Source: Eledone cirrhosa (Eukaryota). From it: DNA of 64,000 bases. The stretch spans positions 9,362,001 through 9,426,000 of the forward strand of contig OZ024751.1 in assembly GCA_964016885.1 (NCBI GenBank), written 5' to 3'. Shown here in pieces: positions 56,826-64,000 of the stretch (positions are counted from its first letter, which is position 1; every line of letters begins with the position of its first letter). Both the position numbers and the translations under genes were made by a program. Below the pieces are notes generated by a model. It searched no databases and was not told the DNA's origin. It saw nothing but the letters and a program-made list of their open reading frames with translations.

Positions 56826-57282
56826 ATATATATGTATGTGTATATATATATATATATTTAAATGATAAAAAAGGTTCAATGAATAAATCAAAGGATTAGT
56901 TTTAAAATAGATTGGAAGCACTCAACATGTTTATCCCTATAATTTAATTCCTCTTTGTCTCTCTTTCCTTGATCAATTCTATTTTGCTCTCTATGCCTCT
57001 ACTATCTATATTTCCCTCTCATCTGTTTTCTCTCTGCCTTTCTTTTTTCTTTCCTCTTTCTTCAATAATTATTTGAATCTCTAACAGTTATGTAAATTGC
57101 TGTTATGTATTTTTAAGCTTTCTTACACGCACCCTCTGTATTATATATATTTTATGTATTATATGTATGTTTTTTCATGTCTCAATCTTAAGGTATATAA
57201 ATATTGAGTTTTATCATATCTTACTCACTACCATGACTGGATCTTAACCATCTACTATGCCAGGGTATGTCATGCATCATCT

Positions 57283-57349
57283 TATTTTATCTGATGAGGA
57301 CGTACTGTTGAAGTTAGCTCAGTACCTCTGAAATATGTATAATAAAATA
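57283..57349 (+). ncRNA. Type I HHR
   Basis: tattttat CTGATGA ggacgtactg...cagtacctct GAAA tatgta TA ataaaata (8-bp stem I). Confidence 0.7.
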
Positions 57350-57494
57350 TACTTGATCACAAGAATATCTATTTTGTTAATATTTTGAATTATATATATA
57401 TAATTTGTCGATCGATTTTCGTCAAATCGGAGCGAGGAAACAATAATTCCATTGCTCTTTCCAATTATTAATATTATCTTTCGATCGCAACTCC

Positions 57495-57624
57495 AGGTAG
57501 AAGGAGCAACGTGAAATAAAGTGTCTTCCTCAAGGATATAACGCATCGCCTGGTCCAGGAATCTAACTGACAACCTCAGGATTGCGAATCCAGTTCCCTA
57601 GCCAAACAGTCACATGCCTTCACA
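57495..57624 (-). mobile_element. tRNA-derived SINE head
   Basis: RC tgtgaaggcatgtg...gttagattcctggacc...gacactttatttcacgttgctcc. Confidence 0.6.
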
Positions 57625-57629
57625 ATATA

Positions 57630-58554
57630 TCTGTATATATATATAATTGAGTATGTGTGTGTGTGTCTGTGTATTACCTATACATCTTACGACCGATTTT
57701 CATGAAACTATACAGGTTCATAGATTAGTCATCGGGGAGTGTTTTCTATATATCAGCGTATCGTTTTTTTTTTATTCCGGGGTCATTCTGCAGATAAAAA
57801 TCAATAGGGGGAGGGGTGAACTTTTTTTAGGTATCGAAAAATAATATTTTTGGTTCTAGCTCCCACATTTTGCCACCGATGTCGTTGAAATTTTAAAGCA
57901 AAATAGAATCAATCATTGCACATCCTCTAATGGCTTAATATTTTGCATGTGTTGTTCAGAGACGGCGTGGAAGACGATTAAATATTCAAAATTACCACTT
58001 TTAGACTCAAATTTCCACTGTTTCGGCTCTAGCTCCCACATTAATCAAGCTACTTTATTCAAATCTTACACTACGCTAGATCTGATTATTTCACGTCTTA
58101 AATTGGCTTTACATTTTGGATTTTCTGCTCAGGAACGGTGGAGCAGCCACTTAAATATTCGAAAATACCCCCTTTTCGCTCAAATTTCCGTCTTTTCGGC
58201 TCTAGCTCCCACATTTTTCAACCGATTTCATTCAAATTCGAAAGTTCGGCACCACCTCAAACATAAATCAATTTATTTGGTTCAACTTTTATACTACGAT
58301 AGAACCTATCATTGCACATCTTATAGTAGCTTTACACTTTGCATTTTTTGTTCAGGGACGGCGTGGTAGCCGTTAACTCTTCAAAATACGATTTTTTCCA
58401 CCTTCCACATATTCCATACGATTTCACTCAACATTTCGCCATTTGCTACACCTTACGACCGATTTTCAAGAAACTCGCAATCGCTAAGATCAACACCTTT
58501 TCATCAAAGCAGATATTATTTTTCCTACCCAGGCAACGCTGGGTACTGCTGCTA

Positions 58555-58555
<1 letters not shown>
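57630..58555 (+). mobile_element. Non-autonomous Helitron-like element with ~173-bp internal subrepeats
   Basis: A|TC start, 3' hairpin acccag gcaacg ctgggt + CTAG|T; tctagctcccacatt at 57855, 58028, 58201. Confidence 0.7.
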
Positions 58556-58593
<38 letters not shown>

Positions 58594-59049
58594 CGCACAT
58601 TCACGCATATACCCATATACATATACATATCTATACATATACACTATACACATATACACACGGCTATATATGCATATATTCGATATATATACACCCATAT
58701 TATATGAGTATATACATATTTACATACATATTTAATTTAGATCATATATACAAAACATACGTATATACAAACATACGCATGTAATTTTATGTATATACTA
58801 GCATTCATAGATGTTCGCATAGCGAAAGAAAGAAGTGAAAATAATCAATATGTGAGTGTTATCTGAGTGTTATAGGTATAACAAAAAGTATGTAATCATA
58901 ACCAATATGTGAGCGTTATCTGTATGTTATAGGTATAACTACATATATGTGATCATATTAAATATAAGTTCAGAATAGTTAGTGTTAATGCTATTTCATA
59001 ATTGAAATATATGTTCAGGGTGGCTGGATGTCAAAATTGATGCTATTTT

Positions 59050-59749
59050 TATTCGAACAGAAAGCAGAACTGATCTAATATGCGGGCAATCTCTGAAAAA
59101 TAGCTTTTGACTTGAGACAAGTATTAGGAGATTTCAGGTTCTGTAGAATTCTATATTTCTCGCTTATGCATAAAGATTATTTTCTTATACCTTTTGCATA
59201 TTCATTGATTGGACTAAAATAGACTAATTTATTATATATGGGATTCCACGTTCTTTCATCTCCCACACACTGTTTGCCAGCGCCATGGTTTTCTTTATTC
59301 AAGATGTCTGAAAGAAGCGACATATGCGTAATAACGTTTGTTAAATTTATCTTGAGTCATACCCACATATCGGTGACTGGTAACTGTTTGGTTGGTGTTT
59401 AAAGGTGTCACTGCTGCCTCATATACAATAGTTGTTATGTTGCATATACCCTGTAGAGGACATTCTCCTGCATTTCTACATGTACATCCTGGATTTTCTC
59501 TGCGTATTTTCCCATTGATTATCTTGGATTTCATTGAAGGACTGCATGAATAGCTGATCATGACTAAATTTCTATTAAATATTTGAATATATCTATGTTG
59601 TTGGGGGAGGTAAAGGAACTTTCTGCCTACATTTGTTTTTACTGCTACTTAAAAGGGTGGTGTAAACCAAATTATTTTTCTTTTTCTATTTTTATGATTA
59701 TTGGTATTAATAGGATTGGGTATATATATAATTAGTTCGTTAAAACCAC

Positions 59750-59752
<3 letters not shown>
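59050..59752 (-). pseudogene. PLE (Naiad-like) GIY-YIG 3' fragment
   Basis: RKRKIIWFTPPF; CTCRNAGECPLQGIC...IVYEA...YVGMTQDKFNKRYY.Y..SF. Confidence 0.85.
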
Positions 59753-59818
<66 letters not shown>

Positions 59819-60315
59819 GGTTACGGTATCGTAAAAGAGGATAGAAAGAAGAGATATATAGATGTGCCATACAGAATGTTACATGCCAAAAGCGGATGCG
59901 TAATGTGCTCAATGCTTCGGTTATCAGGGTTAAATATCAGAGAAAGTTAATATTTAGAGTAAAGATTAAGCAGAGCTGTAATAAGCAAAAGAATGATATT
60001 AATCCCTTTTAAATTTTTTTTTTCCCATAGCTGGTACTGGTCATATTTTCTGCAGTAAATTTTGTATGGGCACCGGTAATTACATCCAAATTATACTCCT
60101 TTCACCGTATTTATACCCATAACATTTAAAATCACGAGGCATGGCGATGTGATATTATTATTATACCCTCTCAGGGTCTGTAATTAAGGACTTTGCTTAT
60201 TAATATCTGCCTCCGATGAGCACACCCCCCCCCCTCCCCTGGGTGAAACACGTGGAAGAGCTATATAAAGATATGTTTTAGCGGCTTGTAACTCTTTCAT
60301 TCACTATTCCATTTG

Positions 60316-60404
<89 letters not shown>

Positions 60405-60407
<3 letters not shown>

Positions 60408-61257
60408 ATTCACAAGAATCAAAGCTATGTTCAAGGCATTCATTCACTCACAATTGTTTCATCCAAACCTAGGCTTGGAGTCTTCGGACCATTTTTAAAT
60501 GTTTGTACACATAATTGACCTCCTTTCCAACGCAAGAGACATACAGATACATATGTATATATTGATGTACAGTGGAGTGACATATATTATACTATATTAT
60601 TTCTGTATAGCAATTCAAATTCAAAATCAAAATCAAAATTAAAATTAAAACAAAATTAAAACAAAATTAAAATACATTCGGCAGTTAACATAGATAATGC
60701 AAGAGGGTAGTTTGTTAGTCAGATGTAGTAGTTAGTGTATGCGTTAGCTACACGTGGGGCATGCACATGTGTCTCATTTATATATGATTATTGTGTGGCA
60801 GGGTGTACATGTAATACAAGCACTTTAAGCGGGTAAGTAAGAGTATTATGGAGGTTGTAGTGGTAAGGTATTTGTTGTATATAATAAAAAAGTATGTGTG
60901 TAGAAAAATAAAAATAAAAAGGAGAAGCAAAAGAAAGTTATGGTTTTCGTATCCACCACCATTTTCACATTCAGGAAAAGTAAGAAATAGTTTATACATC
61001 CATCACATAAGTAACGATGATTCCGTATTGGATGTTTGATGCATTAAATTAAATTATTTTAGCTTATTGCGGCTCAGTGTTATTTAATCCACTCTACATC
61101 AATATATACATATGTATCTGTATGTCTCTTGCGTTGGAAAGGAGGTCAATTGTGTGTACAAACATTGAAAAATGGTCCGAAGACCCAAGCCTAGGTTTGT
61201 ATGAAACAATTGTAAGTGAATAAATGCTTTGAACATAGCTTTGATTCTTGTGAATTC
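60405..61257. mobile_element. PLE-type element with ~170 bp inverted termini, each with a decayed HHR
   Basis: 60406-60576 inverted vs 61088-61257; CCGAAGA..ccaagc ctag gttt..GAAA caattg TA/TG at 61173-61218 and 60445-60491 (-). Confidence 0.75.
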
Positions 61258-61652
61258 TATATAACTGCGCTGTAGAACAACTGATGTTATTACATTGAGC
61301 TATTTATCTAACTGGTAATAAGGTAGTAATAAATTACTGACCATCACTGTTTAGGGTTTAAAATATATATAACTATAAAAGGTTTTAGTATATACATAAC
61401 CATAAATATTATCCTTAATATTATATATATATATATATAAGTATGTATATATGTATATGTATAGAGGTGTGTGCGTCTATCTGTATATATATATATGTTT
61501 ATATCTATATTATATATGTATTTTTGAGGACCAAATGAATTAACTGTAGAGATATAAATGATACAGAAGTGAAAACCATCCAAATAGTGAGTGTGTTCTG
61601 TTATTATTACAATATGACCCTCCTAAGTATAACAATATATATATATATATAT

Positions 61653-61851
61653 ATAGGAACCAGTAAGACCCCGACAGCTGAGCTCAAGCCGTTTCGACGG
61701 CTAATTCTGGACTTAGTGCAGAATTAGCCGTCGAAACGGCTTCAGCTCAGCTGTCGGGGTCTTACTGGTTCCTATTACCCACTCTACTACCTCAAGTATT
61801 GAGTACTTTGGTGCGTTATGGTCCACCTGGTTCCTTACCACATTTCCTTCG

Positions 61852-61855
<4 letters not shown>
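61653..61855. repeat. Near-perfect ~120 bp palindrome plus tail of the 39528 family
   Basis: ataggaaccagtaagacccc...ggggtcttactggttcctat, centre ~61713. Confidence 0.85.
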
Positions 61856-61941
<86 letters not shown>

Positions 61942-62089
61942 GATAACAAGTTATCGTTATAAGTAATCCAGTTAGAGGTTGTGAGTACTTTGCGTTTACC
62001 ATATATGTTTTACTCTTGATGTTATTGTTTTGATTATACGCTATTTTTCTATATATGTCTTGCCTCGAGTGAATTATTTTTATATCTAC

Positions 62090-62200
62090 GTATTCTGATG
62101 AGTTGATCAGAGGTAAATAATGTATAGGTGATCGAGTGACGCAACTTCAAGCGATTAGCGACCTCTAGACTCTCCTGATCGATGAAACAATTGTCAGTAC
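62090..62200 (+). ncRNA. Type I HHR with long stem II insertion
   Basis: gtatt CTGATGA gttgatcag...ctgatcgat GAAA caattg TC agtac. Confidence 0.75.
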
Positions 62201-62352
62201 TTGAGATAAATCCCCTTATTGTACAGCCAACCATGTTACTCTTCATTCTTTCACTATTACCACACTACTACCACACTACTACCCTAAGTATTGAATACTC
62301 TGGTGCGTTATAGTCCATCTGGTTCCTTACCACAATTCCTTTTTTATATTTA

Positions 62353-62395
<43 letters not shown>

Positions 62396-62477
62396 TTATA
62401 TATATATATTTATATATATATATATGTATATATACTTCGTCGTGTAGACGCGTTCTTGAGACTAGTAAAATGAGGTA

Positions 62478-62567
62478 TCCTCTTGATAAGTCGGCAGACC
62501 TCGCAGGGACTCTATATCTTTATGATATATTGTTTTTGTTTATGCCACGAAACTACGTAGTCGAGGA
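62478..62567 (+). ncRNA. Type I HHR, U3-A8 core variant (UUGAUAA)
   Basis: tcctc TTGATAA gtcggca...tgccac GAAA ctacgtag TC gagga. Confidence 0.7.
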
Positions 62568-62697
62568 ATTTAGGAGCAGTTTAGGTATGATACATTTTAT
62601 TACTAATTATATCTAAATGTTTCTTCTCTCTTCATAATGTACTTATATATATATATATTTATATATATATATTTAGATAGATATATATATATATATT

Positions 62698-62900
<203 letters not shown>

Positions 62901-62902
62901 AT

Positions 62903-63035
62903 ATATTTATTAAAATAACAGATTAAAGTTTAAGCAAAGAATCGCTGCTTTCACTCTTAACGGGATATCTGATATGTAATTATCCTTATCGAGCCCTCTT
63001 TGGATTTTAGTCTTCAAATTTATTATTATTACTAT
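62903..63035. repeat. Fragments of the 8899-9150 PLE terminus
   Basis: ttattaaaataacagattaaag..gcaaagaatcgctgctttc; ttatccttatcgagccctctttgg. Confidence 0.8.
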
Positions 63036-63684
63036 ATTTATATATATATATATTTATATTTATATATATATTTATATATTTATGTATATATATGTATATA
63101 TGTGTCTATTTATATATATATGTATATATGTGTGTATTTGTATGCCTATGTATATGTGTGTATGTCTGTATATTTAAAAATGTATATCACGCTTGCTTGT
63201 CTGCCTAAATTATGTATATACGGGTATGTCCACATTGTATTTTTGTATATATGTTTAACTGCCAAATATATATATATATGTGTGTGCATGAGTGTATGTG
63301 TGAATATATGTATGTATATGTATGTATGTATGTGTATGTGTGCATGTATATGTGTATATATGCATATGTGTGTGTGTGTGTCTGATTGTCCCACCAATAT
63401 GTGTATCTTTCACTTAACATATCAATGTATTGCTTGATGAAAATTTACCTTTTTTTATCATATATAATTTATATATATATATGTATTTTCATACGCTGCT
63501 AATTTTTATAATTTTTTTAAATATATCTACGCATGTCCTTTTATACTGTATATATGTGCGTATAATTATTATCGTTAGTTTGTTTGTATATTGTATATGT
63601 TTGTTTGTATATTGTAAATATGATTGCACTTATGGATGTGTATGTATGTCTGTATGTATGTTAGCGTCCGTGTATGTATATAAA

Positions 63685-63752
<68 letters not shown>

Positions 63753-64000
63753 CATGTATGAGTGTGCGTATGAATATATACATATATATGTGTGTATGGA
63801 TATATGTGTGTGTGTATATATGTATATTTGTATGTGTCTATATATTTTCTTCCGTTATACGATGCTATTTTAACTCGGCCTCATTTCATTTTGAAAACGC
63901 ATATCCAAAACATAATTATTTTATCTGATGTACGAGCTAGAGGTGTCTGTAAGAATAGCCTAGTGTCTTGAAACCTTTGATAATGGAATAATTATATTGT

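Noticed and set aside
63921-63985. CTGATGT...GAAAccttTGataa HHR-like motif
   Set aside because: Core A9 and cleavage triplet are non-canonical and stem III does not pair; probable decayed copy.

Overview
AT-rich, repeat-dense animal genomic DNA. The tRNA-derived CORE-type SINEs look like those of octopod cephalopods (inference). I found no convincing host protein-coding gene; most listed ORFs are translations of (AT)n/(AC)n microsatellites. Two insertion regimes are visible. (1) (AT)n tracts hold Penelope-like element (PLE) fragments and their termini, often as 5'-to-5' fold-backs; I read about 20 minimal type I hammerhead ribozyme (HHR) motifs that still fold, plus several decayed ones, from many different families. 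(2) (ATT)n tracts and SINE tails hold Tx1-like and R4/Dong-like LINEs. Highlights: a 2.9 kb palindromic array of apparently identical 310-bp HHR-containing units (retrozyme-like; 5968-8831); two unrelated families whose HHR core carries the compensatory U3-A8 pair instead of C3-G8; fold-back junctions that repeatedly fall inside HHR stem II; and a young RTE LINE with a twin-priming-type 5' inversion and an 11-bp TSD. All folds were read by eye and are untested.
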